Positions 8,293-15,807 of a stretch of 25,095 nt of DNA are shown here, one piece after another. The stretch lies in the IMG/VR virus record IMGVR_UViG_3300036398_005010. The stretch is one strand, 5' to 3'. Every line of letters starts with the position of its first letter. Positions within the stretch are counted from its first letter, which is position 1. The translations under genes and the position numbers were made by a program. This stretch comes from an uncultured virus (IMG/VR IMGVR_UViG_3300036398_005010) (lineage: Duplodnaviria; Heunggongvirae; Uroviricota; Caudoviricetes). The notes beneath the pieces were generated by a model. That model made no database searches. It saw nothing but the letters and a program-made list of their open reading frames with translations, and was not told the origin of the DNA.

Positions 8293-9150
8293 TCAGGCCC
8301 CGACGAGGCCGTGGGCGGTGAGGTCGTCGATGAGCGCCTTGACGCGCTCGGCGAGCTGGGCAACGGTGACGGTGGAGGTGGCGAACGCGGTGCGGGTTGC
8401 GGTGCCGGTGGGTGCGGCCCAGCCGGTCTTGCGGGAGCCGACGACGTTGTTGGTGCCGACCCTGTAACTGTCGGCGGTGTTGGTGAGTTGGATGTTGCCG
8501 GTGACGGAGAGCCGCTCAGTGCCGCTGGTGTTGTTGATCAGGACGTTGCCGCTGGATGTAATCCGCAGCCTGGTTATGAGACTGCTGCCGCCTTCTGGAC
8601 GAGTCCTCAGGTTTAGCAACATTGGCATATTACCTACTGAGGGTGTTCCGTCAACCCTAGAATCTATAGCTGCCCCGGTTATTATATTGATACCATCACC
8701 ACCCATGAAAAGCAAGATCCCAGCGTTGTCGTCGTTTTGCAAGACGCCGGTTCCTCCACGACTCCTGCCAAGGATGTAGCGAGGAACCGTGCCAGCGCTG
8801 GGCGTAGCAGAGCTATCGATTACAGAAAAAGAAGGGCTAGTCTGCCCCGTTCCTTCAAGCTGTACTGCTGGAACAAAGAACATCCCACCTGATATAGCAT
8901 CAACAATTATGTTTTGTCGCAGGCTATTTATGTCGCCTAGTATTAGCTCACCAGTTTCCAGGGATCGCGGGCTGCGGTTCCATTCATAGACTCCGCCGAT
9001 CTTGATGCTGGCGTAAATCTGCCCATCCGTCCCCAATACCGACGCTCCCGGCATGGCCGCCGCGTCATAGGGCACTGGCAGCGCGGTCTCGGTGAGCGCT
9101 TCAGTGCGCAGGCGCTTGCCGGAGCCGGTCTTCAGTTTGTCCATCGTCAT
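8293..9150 (-). CDS. Tail fibre / receptor-binding protein
   Basis: Fibre motifs LGRSRG...F.GGDG...VDGTP...MP...RLRITSSGNVLI and a C-terminal trimeric coiled coil (LAERVKALIDDLTAHGL). ATGA-type overlap with the upstream gene. Confidence 0.8.
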   Translation of the reverse strand: MTMDKLKTGSGKRLRTEALTETALPVPYDAAAMPGASVLGTDGQIYASIKIGGVYEWNRSPRSLETGELILGDINSLRQNIIVDAISGGMFFVPAVQLEGTGQTSPSFSVIDSSATPSAGTVPRYILGRSRGGTGVLQNDDNAGILLFMGGDGINIITGAAIDSRVDGTPSVGNMPMLLNLRTRPEGGSSLITRLRITSSGNVLINNTSGTERLSVTGNIQLTNTADSYRVGTNNVVGSRKTGWAAPTGTATRTAFATSTVTVAQLAERVKALIDDLTAHGLVGA

Positions 9151-9674
9151 GCCTCCGTATCAGGTGCGTGGTTTGCCAGCTCCAGCTCGACGGCACTGCC
9201 CCAGAACTTGAGAGAGGCATCTGCTTCCGCCCTGCCCTGCAGCCTGTCGCCGCGGGTTGAGGTGAAGCTTGTCTTGAACAGGCGGAACCCTTGGATCGGG
9301 AAAAACAAGGCCTCCTTGGGCGGGACCGAGATCCTCTGGGCGATCAGGATTTCCTGCAGTCCAGGGGTCTCATTGCCTCCCTGCTGAATCAGCCGAAGCT
9401 CAAACCAGCGAGGGACATCGACATAGTTCACGACTGCCAGAGGTGTCTCGAAAAAAACTTCCCCTGGCCGCAACTCCCTGTCGTTGTTGTCGGGATCCGG
9501 CGTGACGCCATCGCCGCCAGTGTCGGGGAGCGAAAAGTCCTTCGCTTCAGCGATGTCCGACCAGCCGGTTGTCAGGAAGCCGTTGTTGAGCCCCGGCGGC
9601 CTGACGAGCTGGATCGGTTTGCCGCTTGAGGGCTGGTCGGTGTAGATGCGCCAGGCGCGAGTAACTCTGGACAT
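9147..9674 (-). CDS. Putative tail structural protein
   Basis: Tightly packed between two tail genes; beta-rich sequence. Confidence 0.65.
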   Translation of the reverse strand: MSRVTRAWRIYTDQPSSGKPIQLVRPPGLNNGFLTTGWSDIAEAKDFSLPDTGGDGVTPDPDNNDRELRPGEVFFETPLAVVNYVDVPRWFELRLIQQGGNETPGLQEILIAQRISVPPKEALFFPIQGFRLFKTSFTSTRGDRLQGRAEADASLKFWGSAVELELANHAPDTEA

Positions 9675-9677
9675 GGA

Positions 9678-11414
9678 TCAGTAGCTCCTGGAAATGACAG
9701 AACGGGTCACTCGCCCGCGGATGGCGGTGTCGAAGGGCGGCCCGCCGAGCTGGCCGCTGCGGGCGTCGATGCCCAGGCCACCGACAAACACCGCATTGCC
9801 GGCGTCGTCCTGGCCGCTAAACCTCACCCGCCCGCCGTTGCGTTGCACGATGCTGCGCTGGATGCGGCGGGCGACCCGGGCTGGTGGCACCCGGTAGAAC
9901 TCCACCCCCGCCAGTGGAGCGGTCCACTGGTGGTTGATGGCCGTGATCAGCGAGCGCAGCCGGCGCTGCACGGGCTCCACCGGGCTCGGAGCAGGACCCT
10001 GGCCCACCTCGAACCAGTAGTTGTCGAGGGTCGCCTTGAGTCGTGCCACCAGGGCCAGCACCATCGCCTCGGCGCCGGATGTGAGCTGGCCGCCGGCGAC
10101 CAACTGTGATGCCAGCCGGTCCCAGCTGGCCTTGAACGCAGCGTGGAAGTCGTAGGTGTAGACGCACACCCCGTCAAAGCGGAACATGCCCTCGGCGAAA
10201 TTCAGCATCGGCCGCTCGAAGCCGTGCACCAGGGATGCGGCGATCGCATCGAGGAACAGGCCAGAGTCCTTGCGGGTCAGGGCCTCAAAGCCGGCCGGCC
10301 AGGAGGCGGCGTTGTAGTTGGCTACCAGGAAGCCCCAGACGTCATCGATCAGGGAGACGCGTGCGGCATTGATGATCCCCGCCGCCCCGGACTGGCTGAC
10401 CAGCAGCGAGGGGTCGATCGTCAGCGGCCTGATCTGCTGGGTGCTGCCTTCGCTCCAGAAGGAGTAGTCGCCGAACTGGGAGCTGGAGCCCGACACCACC
10501 ATCTGGCCGCCATCGAGGCAGACGAAATGCCGGTGTGCGCCCACGCCGATGGCGTTCACCGGGTTGATGAAACCACGGTTCCTGGACACGTAGCCCATGC
10601 CGTTGGCGCTGCTGGGCGTGAAGCCCCAGGTCATGATGTTCGGGTAGACCGAGTAGGGCGACAGCACCGAAGCATCCGCCAGCACGCAGCCGCCGCCCTT
10701 GGGGTGGGCGGGGTTGCCGGCAGCGGCATCCATCGGCAGCGGTGTCGGCACCTCGGTGAAGGCGCTGCTCACGACGCAGTTTTGGCCGTAGGGCACACCA
10801 CCGGGGAGGATCGTGGCGCCAGGGCGGAACACCATCGCAAACCCCTTGGTGGGGTTGTCGAAGTCGTCGATTTCCCAGCCAGTGAATTTCAGGTTGACCA
10901 GGTGGGAGCCATTGCCGCAGCGGAACACGTTGCGCTGCTCGTTGCCGGCCGTGGGGCGAATGATCGTGCGCCGCTGGAAGTTGGCACCCCAGATCGTGCA
11001 GAAATCAGGCACGTCCAACTCACCGGGCGTGCTCAAGCCATCGAGCAGCACAATCGACCAGGGCGTCACCTGGGAGAAGGAGCGCACCTGGTCCAGGGCG
11101 TACTCGATGTCGCGAAAGGCGTTCCAGGTGCTGCGGCCGTTGCGCTGGTTGGTGCCGTCGCTGCGCACGAAGAACGTATTCGGCGTGCGGAATTGATCAG
11201 TCGACAGCATCGACTCGGTGACGCCGCCATTGGCGATCCCGAGCGTGCGATTGGCCGCCAAGGTGCCACCGCCTCCTAGGCCTGCTCCAGCGTTGATGCG
11301 GGTGCTCTTGAGGGCCCGGGTCTGAATATCCTCGTTGAGCGCAACGAGGTTGCCGTCGGCTTCCGCAAACGTCAGTGGCTGCCCCCTGTTCAGGCGCAGT
11401 GTCAGGATTGCCAT
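9678..11414 (-). CDS. Large tail/tailspike-like protein (beta-helix-like core with an inserted helical domain); start probably ATG 11414
   Basis: N-terminal virion-anchor motif LRLNRGQPLTFAEADGNL; FFVRSDG...NGRS...AFRDIE.AL (pectate-lyase-like entry motif); SSSQFGDY; SGQDDAGN..VG. A -10 box only 3 nt from ATG 11435 favours the second ATG. Confidence 0.75.
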   Translation of the reverse strand: MAILTLRLNRGQPLTFAEADGNLVALNEDIQTRALKSTRINAGAGLGGGGTLAANRTLGIANGGVTESMLSTDQFRTPNTFFVRSDGTNQRNGRSTWNAFRDIEYALDQVRSFSQVTPWSIVLLDGLSTPGELDVPDFCTIWGANFQRRTIIRPTAGNEQRNVFRCGNGSHLVNLKFTGWEIDDFDNPTKGFAMVFRPGATILPGGVPYGQNCVVSSAFTEVPTPLPMDAAAGNPAHPKGGGCVLADASVLSPYSVYPNIMTWGFTPSSANGMGYVSRNRGFINPVNAIGVGAHRHFVCLDGGQMVVSGSSSQFGDYSFWSEGSTQQIRPLTIDPSLLVSQSGAAGIINAARVSLIDDVWGFLVANYNAASWPAGFEALTRKDSGLFLDAIAASLVHGFERPMLNFAEGMFRFDGVCVYTYDFHAAFKASWDRLASQLVAGGQLTSGAEAMVLALVARLKATLDNYWFEVGQGPAPSPVEPVQRRLRSLITAINHQWTAPLAGVEFYRVPPARVARRIQRSIVQRNGGRVRFSGQDDAGNAVFVGGLGIDARSGQLGGPPFDTAIRGRVTRSVISRSY

Positions 11415-11438
11415 GCCTTGCAGTCCGCCCGCCATGGC

Positions 11439-11446
11439 AGTCTAGG
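11439..11446 (-). promoter_or_regulatory. Putative -10 box CCTAGACT for the minus-strand tail operon
   Basis: Recurring motif, 24 nt upstream of ATG 11414. Confidence 0.55.
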
Positions 11447-11590
11447 GCTGCATGCCAGGTGCCTCCGCCCAGGAGCGACCTGCACGGAGGTTCAGTTGCC
11501 GCGCCGGGGAAACGGCAAAAACCCAGGCGCCCTGGTGGTGCCGGCTCACCGGCTGCCCCTGCCGCCGTTCTTCTTCGGGGCGGGTCGAGT

Positions 11591-12208
11591 CTAGGCAAGC
11601 TGGCGCCGGGGCTCATCCAGTAGCTGCTTGCCGAAGCAAGCGCCGGGATGCAGCGCATGCCGCATCGAGCGGTGCACCTGGGGGCGCAGCAGGGCGGCCA
11701 GGTCCTGCATCGGCCGCGGCGCCAGCATCAGGGCCGGGCCGGGTCGCTCACTGATGACGGCCCTGATGTTGTGGTGACTGAGCAGGTACTCCAGCAGGAC
11801 AAGGGCGTCCTCCAGGGAGGAGACCGGCAGCAGGCCACTGCCGAGCTGCCAGCGGCCCACGTCCAGCCACAGGCTGGCGATGCCGCGCACGCCGGCCACC
11901 CGCAGGGCTTCAAGGCTGTAGCGCTGGCCATCGTCCACCTGCAGTAGCTCCATGGTCCGCTCCAGCAGAGGGCTGTGCAGCCGGGCGCGGCGCAGGTCGT
12001 AGTACCCCTGGCCGGGCAGCATGTCGACATCCACTCGGACGCTGCCGCTGCCGCTGCGCTGCAGCAGTCGCACCTGGTGCAGCAGGTAGGTGGACTCGGT
12101 TTCCAGTCGCCGCAGCTCCAGCCAGGGGCGCTGTCTGGCCCCCTTGCGTCGCAGCTGCCCGCCGCCCAGGGCGTAGCCGACCGCCAGGCTGACGAACTGG
12201 GCGTTCAC
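11591..12208 (-). CDS. LAGLIDADG_2-type homing-endonuclease-like protein, catalytic acids apparently lost
   Basis: Motif 1 VGYALGGG, motif 2 IASLWLDVG, and the family C-terminal signature LLRPQVHRSMRHAL. GTG start with GGAGGT RBS; GTGA overlap with the upstream gene. Confidence 0.75.
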   Translation of the reverse strand: MNAQFVSLAVGYALGGGQLRRKGARQRPWLELRRLETESTYLLHQVRLLQRSGSGSVRVDVDMLPGQGYYDLRRARLHSPLLERTMELLQVDDGQRYSLEALRVAGVRGIASLWLDVGRWQLGSGLLPVSSLEDALVLLEYLLSHHNIRAVISERPGPALMLAPRPMQDLAALLRPQVHRSMRHALHPGACFGKQLLDEPRRQLA

Positions 12209-12828
12209 TGACCACCTCCCGGCAGGAACAGCGATCGCCGGCTGACGGGCGCATAGGGCAGCAGCGCCGTCTGCAGGTGAGCCGCCTGCTGCTGGTTGAA
12301 CAGCAGGCGTGGCTTCTGGCGCAGGCGCTGCTGCGGATCCTGGTCCCAGATCTCACCCTGGGCGCCGGTGAGCATGCGCAGCCAGCCGGCCACCAGCAGG
12401 GCTTCATCCTCCTGGCTGCCGACGCGCTTGAGCAGGAAGCTGCCGCTGCTCAGGGGCCTGGCGTTCTCGGCCCAGAGCCAGGCCGCGGCCCGGCCGCCCA
12501 GCAGCTCGAGCGCCGGCTGGGTGACCTGGCGGCGGCGGCGGGGGTAGAGCAGGTTGTAGATCGGCTGAAGCGCATCGCTGGTGACCCGCAGCCGGCAGAC
12601 GGTGGTGCGATTGCCGCTCTCGCGGGTGCTGGTCTGGTAGCGCCGCAGGGTAGCGGTGGTGGGGATATAGCGGCGCAGCTCGGCGGCCTTCTCATCGAGG
12701 AAATCAATTTCGCCCTCGCTACCCTCAATCACAGCTCGTATTCGGTAGCGGGTTGGCGTGCGGATGCGGTGCAAGTGCCCGTCTGCCAGGAATAGCCCGA
12801 GCAGGCCACGCGTGGCATCAGTGTCCAA
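12205..12828 (-). CDS. LAGLIDADG_2-type homing-endonuclease-like protein (probable TTG start at 12828)
   Basis: Motif 1 LLGLFLADG intact; LQPIYNLLYP...VT..AL; motif 2 degenerate (AAWLWAENA); C-terminal LLPYAP.S. Confidence 0.8.
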   Translation of the reverse strand: MDTDATRGLLGLFLADGHLHRIRTPTRYRIRAVIEGSEGEIDFLDEKAAELRRYIPTTATLRRYQTSTRESGNRTTVCRLRVTSDALQPIYNLLYPRRRRQVTQPALELLGGRAAAWLWAENARPLSSGSFLLKRVGSQEDEALLVAGWLRMLTGAQGEIWDQDPQQRLRQKPRLLFNQQQAAHLQTALLPYAPVSRRSLFLPGGGQ

Positions 12829-12845
12829 AATTTCGCCCCCTGAAA

Positions 12846-12885
12846 TGCAGTTACTGTAAGACCTGGCAAGCGTCCCGCCTGCCAG
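12846..12885. promoter_or_regulatory. Divergent promoter region: overlapping -10 hexamers and a 5'-UTR hairpin
   Basis: TTACTGTAA (12851-12859) reads TACTGT on + and TACAGT on -. A hairpin CTGGCAaGCG-tcc-CGCcTGCCAG lies at 12863-12885. Confidence 0.5.
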
Positions 12886-12913
12886 AACCCTCACTATCGG
12901 AGCGTTTCATCCC

Positions 12914-14062
12914 ATGTGGATCGAAAATGACTTTCCGAAGGTTCTGGGCGCCGAGCTGTATCGGCCCCACCCTGCCTACGTGGTTGAGATGGCCGTGGAC
13001 CCCGTCGTGGTTCACGATTTCGCCGCTCAACCCGGGCAAACGGTGGCGCTGGATCGGTATCGCTACTGGGGTAATCCTGGCACTAAGGATTCCCGAGAGC
13101 GGACTGCTGATCAAACAATCGGCACCAGTTCTTCTCGGAACATTGTCAAGGACAAGGTTCATGTGACCTTGAAGGAATATACCGGACCCGCAGACCCTCT
13201 CAACGCGTCTGCGCCCAGTACGTTCAAAGTTGCGCGCGAGACGCTGGTCACCGCGCAGAGGCTTTTGCTCGATACTGGTTCACTTCCGGTGTTCCATCAG
13301 AGCATCGGCTCTATGACCCTGCTTGACGATTACCGCCGCTGGCGTGATCGTGTTTTCGCCGACGAGCTGTTCAAAGCCGAGGCGAATGGCAAGGCTGACT
13401 CAACCCAGGGCGGATATTACTTCCCCAAGGGCAAAGCCAAAACCAACGCAACCACGGTCGCAGCCTATGCTGCGGGCCAATCGGCCAAGTTCGGCGTCAA
13501 GGATGACCTCCTCGAGGTTGTCACCCAGATGCGCGAGCGGAACATCCCCACGTTCGCCGATGGCTACTACCGCTGCGTCGCCAGCCCTGCTGCGATGAAG
13601 CACCTGCGCCAGGACAACGACTTCCGCGAAGTGGCTCGCTACGCGGGTCAGGGGATCGTTGACCCGATGCAACCTCACCTGGCACCTAACGCAACCTTCT
13701 ACCTCGGTAACGGTCCTGCGTACGGTCAAGCCGGCTTCGTCGCTGGTCAGCCGACGATGCCAACGGGCTTCCTTTTCGAGGGAGTTCGCTGGTTCGAGTC
13801 GACCAATCTTCCCGAGAAGAGCTTCACTGCTGACATCAACAGCAATGTTGGCGGCAGTGGCAGTGCGACTTATCAAGCGGCCCCCATGCTGTTCTTCGGC
13901 ATGCAGTCGGTCGGTATCGGCACTGGCGGTGAGAACGCCCAGATCTTGCTGAACAACAACGACGACTTCAGTCGGTTTATCATCATGATCTGGTCCCTGC
14001 TGGCTGGCTTCGAGATCCTCAACAAGGATTTCGTGACGGTTGCCTACTCGTTCGTGTACTGA
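12914..14062 (+). CDS. Major capsid protein (HK97-fold, N4-gp56-like)
   Basis: 382 aa; E-loop-like QPGQTVALDRY, VTLKEY, YRCVASPAAMKHLRQD and FEGVRWFESTN. GGAG RBS. Heads a two-gene unit closed by a terminator. Confidence 0.88.
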   Translation: MWIENDFPKVLGAELYRPHPAYVVEMAVDPVVVHDFAAQPGQTVALDRYRYWGNPGTKDSRERTADQTIGTSSSRNIVKDKVHVTLKEYTGPADPLNASAPSTFKVARETLVTAQRLLLDTGSLPVFHQSIGSMTLLDDYRRWRDRVFADELFKAEANGKADSTQGGYYFPKGKAKTNATTVAAYAAGQSAKFGVKDDLLEVVTQMRERNIPTFADGYYRCVASPAAMKHLRQDNDFREVARYAGQGIVDPMQPHLAPNATFYLGNGPAYGQAGFVAGQPTMPTGFLFEGVRWFESTNLPEKSFTADINSNVGGSGSATYQAAPMLFFGMQSVGIGTGGENAQILLNNNDDFSRFIIMIWSLLAGFEILNKDFVTVAYSFVY

Positions 14063-14077
14063 TCGGAGGTAACCACC

Positions 14078-14719
14078 ATGACCAAGAAGATCTTTCCCGG
14101 CAACTTCGTCAATCACCTCAGCAGCTACCAGGGTGAGGCCATTGTGGCCATCCCCGGCCTGCGCTACCACCACCTGATCGGCTACGCCAAGATCGGCGCC
14201 TCCAGCGCCACCGAGTTCGACGTGATCATCCCGTCGCCTGACAAGCGACCCGATGACAAGCCTCGGCCCGACATCGTTGGCATGAAAGTGCCAACCGGCG
14301 TCTGGCTGTACAAGGTGGGTCTGCGGGTGCTCGACTCCCGCAAGGACCAGGCCAAGGGCACGGCCCGCTCCGGCATCGTCGGCACCAACAGCGACCGCCT
14401 GAAGCTGGCCTCGGCCGTCAGCGTCACCGACGCCCTGACCGCCACTACGGCAGCTACCACGGCCCTGACCGTGGCGAGCACCACCATCGCCCCCGGCGCA
14501 GCCGCCAAGGCCCTGCTGCTGGCCGCCCCGATCCTGACCACCTCGGAGATCACCCTCAAGGTGTTCAATGACAACGGGACCACCGGCGCCGGCTCCGGTG
14601 TCACCTCCAACGTGTCTGGCGGCAGCTTCCTGGTTGCCGAGGCCTGCTGGTTCACCCTCGATGACGTGCCTGATGCCTCCGACTTCGGCGGGCTGCCGGC
14701 CATCGTCGAAACCCTCTGA
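14078..14719 (+). CDS. Putative capsid decoration/cement protein
   Basis: Directly after the capsid gene with a GGAGGT RBS; Thr/Ala/Gly-rich beta protein; followed by a terminator. Confidence 0.6.
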   Translation: MTKKIFPGNFVNHLSSYQGEAIVAIPGLRYHHLIGYAKIGASSATEFDVIIPSPDKRPDDKPRPDIVGMKVPTGVWLYKVGLRVLDSRKDQAKGTARSGIVGTNSDRLKLASAVSVTDALTATTAATTALTVASTTIAPGAAAKALLLAAPILTTSEITLKVFNDNGTTGAGSGVTSNVSGGSFLVAEACWFTLDDVPDASDFGGLPAIVETL

Positions 14720-14746
14720 GCGCTCTCTGCAGTGCTTGGTGTCATC

Positions 14747-14772
14747 GCCCGGGCCCAGTGCCCGGGCTTTTT
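14747..14772 (+). terminator. Rho-independent terminator
   Basis: GCCCGGGC-CCAGT-GCCCGGGC followed by TTTTT. Confidence 0.85.
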
Positions 14773-14802
14773 CATGCGCGGCGCTTGCCGGTACGGTTTC
14801 GC

Positions 14803-14810
14803 CCTAGGAT
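14803..14810 (+). promoter_or_regulatory. Putative -10 box CCTAGGAT
   Basis: Lies just after the terminator and 36 nt before ATG 14847; identical to the box at 1403. Confidence 0.6.
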
Positions 14811-14846
14811 CACCGAAAGACAGATCTGCCGCTTGAGCATCAGCGC

Positions 14847-15278
14847 ATGAGTCTCTACCTGAACGAGAAGAACGGCCAGATCGTGGAGCTGATCAGCTTC
14901 CACGACAAGGACAGCGCGATGATCCGCAACCAGGCCGGCACGATTTCCTACATCGCCCTTGCCGACCTGGTGGAGTACCAGCCTGGCAAGGGGCGCACTG
15001 GCATCAAGCCGGATGCTCCGCGCAGCAAGGAGAGCATCGACGAGGATGTGATCCCGACCCAGGTAATCCCGCCGGACACCCGGCTGAACCTGAACATGGC
15101 GACTGCCGAGATGATCGCTCAGCGGATCAAGGGTGTGGGCTACTCGACCGCCAAGAAGATCATCGAGATGCGCATGAGTCTGCCGGGTGAGCGGTTCGCC
15201 ACCCTGGATCAGGTACGCAGTGTCGGCCGGGTGGACTGGGATCAGGTGATCCAGGACGACCTGGTTTTCGTTGGTTGA
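14847..15278 (+). CDS. Helix-hairpin-helix (ComEA/HHH_3-like) DNA-binding domain protein
   Basis: RLNLNMATAEMIAQRIKGVGYSTAKKIIEMR...RFATLDQV matches the ComEA-type HhH pattern. Confidence 0.85.
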   Translation: MSLYLNEKNGQIVELISFHDKDSAMIRNQAGTISYIALADLVEYQPGKGRTGIKPDAPRSKESIDEDVIPTQVIPPDTRLNLNMATAEMIAQRIKGVGYSTAKKIIEMRMSLPGERFATLDQVRSVGRVDWDQVIQDDLVFVG

Positions 15279-15283
15279 ACCGC

Positions 15284-15291
15284 CCTAGAAT
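15284..15291 (+). promoter_or_regulatory. Putative -10 box CCTAGAAT
   Basis: Recurring motif in the short intergenic gap. Confidence 0.55.
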
Positions 15292-15318
15292 CAACCCGAG
15301 CCGGCACCTGGGCGACGG

Positions 15319-15804
15319 TTGGAGCTTTCCCCTTACGACAAGTCGCGCACCCGGTTTCACCTGGGCTTCAATAACGGCTCGATGATCCCTGCTGGGGATC
15401 TGGCGCGCCTGGAGGAAGCCATGGCTCGCATCCCCGACAGCTATTTCTACGGCCAGGTGCTGTACCAGCTGGATCGCTGCGACCGCACCTGGCGGCTGTC
15501 GGAGATCTTCCGGGACGAGACCCAGCCGATGCCCAGCCGCATCGAGCGGATCACCGGTGACACGGACCGGGCCATCTTCCAGTCCGACCCCCTGCGGGCC
15601 GATCGCGACTACCGCGAGATCTACCTGCGGGAAGTCGATAGGCTGGCAGAGACCCTTTACGTTCCCAACTACCGGCGGGAAGAGGTGCGGCGCTACGCCT
15701 TCGAGCGCAGTGGCTCCGAATTCATCATGGCAATCCCAGGCCCGGCAGATACAGCTGTCGGCACCCGGGTCGCCACCCTGACTGGTTCCATCAACTGGAG
15801 ATAG
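15319..15804 (+). CDS. Putative head-tail adaptor / head completion protein
   Basis: TTG start; helical 161-aa protein starting LSPYDKSRTRFHLG; position after the capsid genes. Function inferred from synteny. Confidence 0.55.
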   Translation: MELSPYDKSRTRFHLGFNNGSMIPAGDLARLEEAMARIPDSYFYGQVLYQLDRCDRTWRLSEIFRDETQPMPSRIERITGDTDRAIFQSDPLRADRDYREIYLREVDRLAETLYVPNYRREEVRRYAFERSGSEFIMAIPGPADTAVGTRVATLTGSINWR

Positions 15805-15807
15805 ATC

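Noticed and set aside
10143..11279. Long antisense ORFs (also 3194-4159, 5473-6318, 13400-14173, 18568-19461, 23523-24362)
   Set aside because: Shadow frames of real genes, expected with high GC3; no motifs or start signals.
539..12238. HIP1 (GCGATCGC) enrichment; copies at 539, 1822, 10240 and 12231
   Set aside because: Only about four copies were spotted by eye against roughly one expected by composition, which is too weak to call. At most it is mildly consistent with a cyanobacterial host.
11447..12913. Group I intron housing the LAGLIDADG ORFs
   Set aside because: The flanking genes are uninterrupted and I could not identify P7 or other core elements; the ORFs appear free-standing.
12753..13166. 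Alternative-frame ORF overlapping the capsid 5' end
   Set aside because: Non-protein-like composition; it overlaps both the capsid gene and the opposite-strand LAGLIDADG gene.
14060..14080. Stop read-through fusing the capsid protein to the next protein (same frame, no stop in the 15-nt gap)
   Set aside because: Being in frame has a 1-in-3 chance, the downstream gene has its own strong GGAGGT RBS, and no read-through signal is evident.
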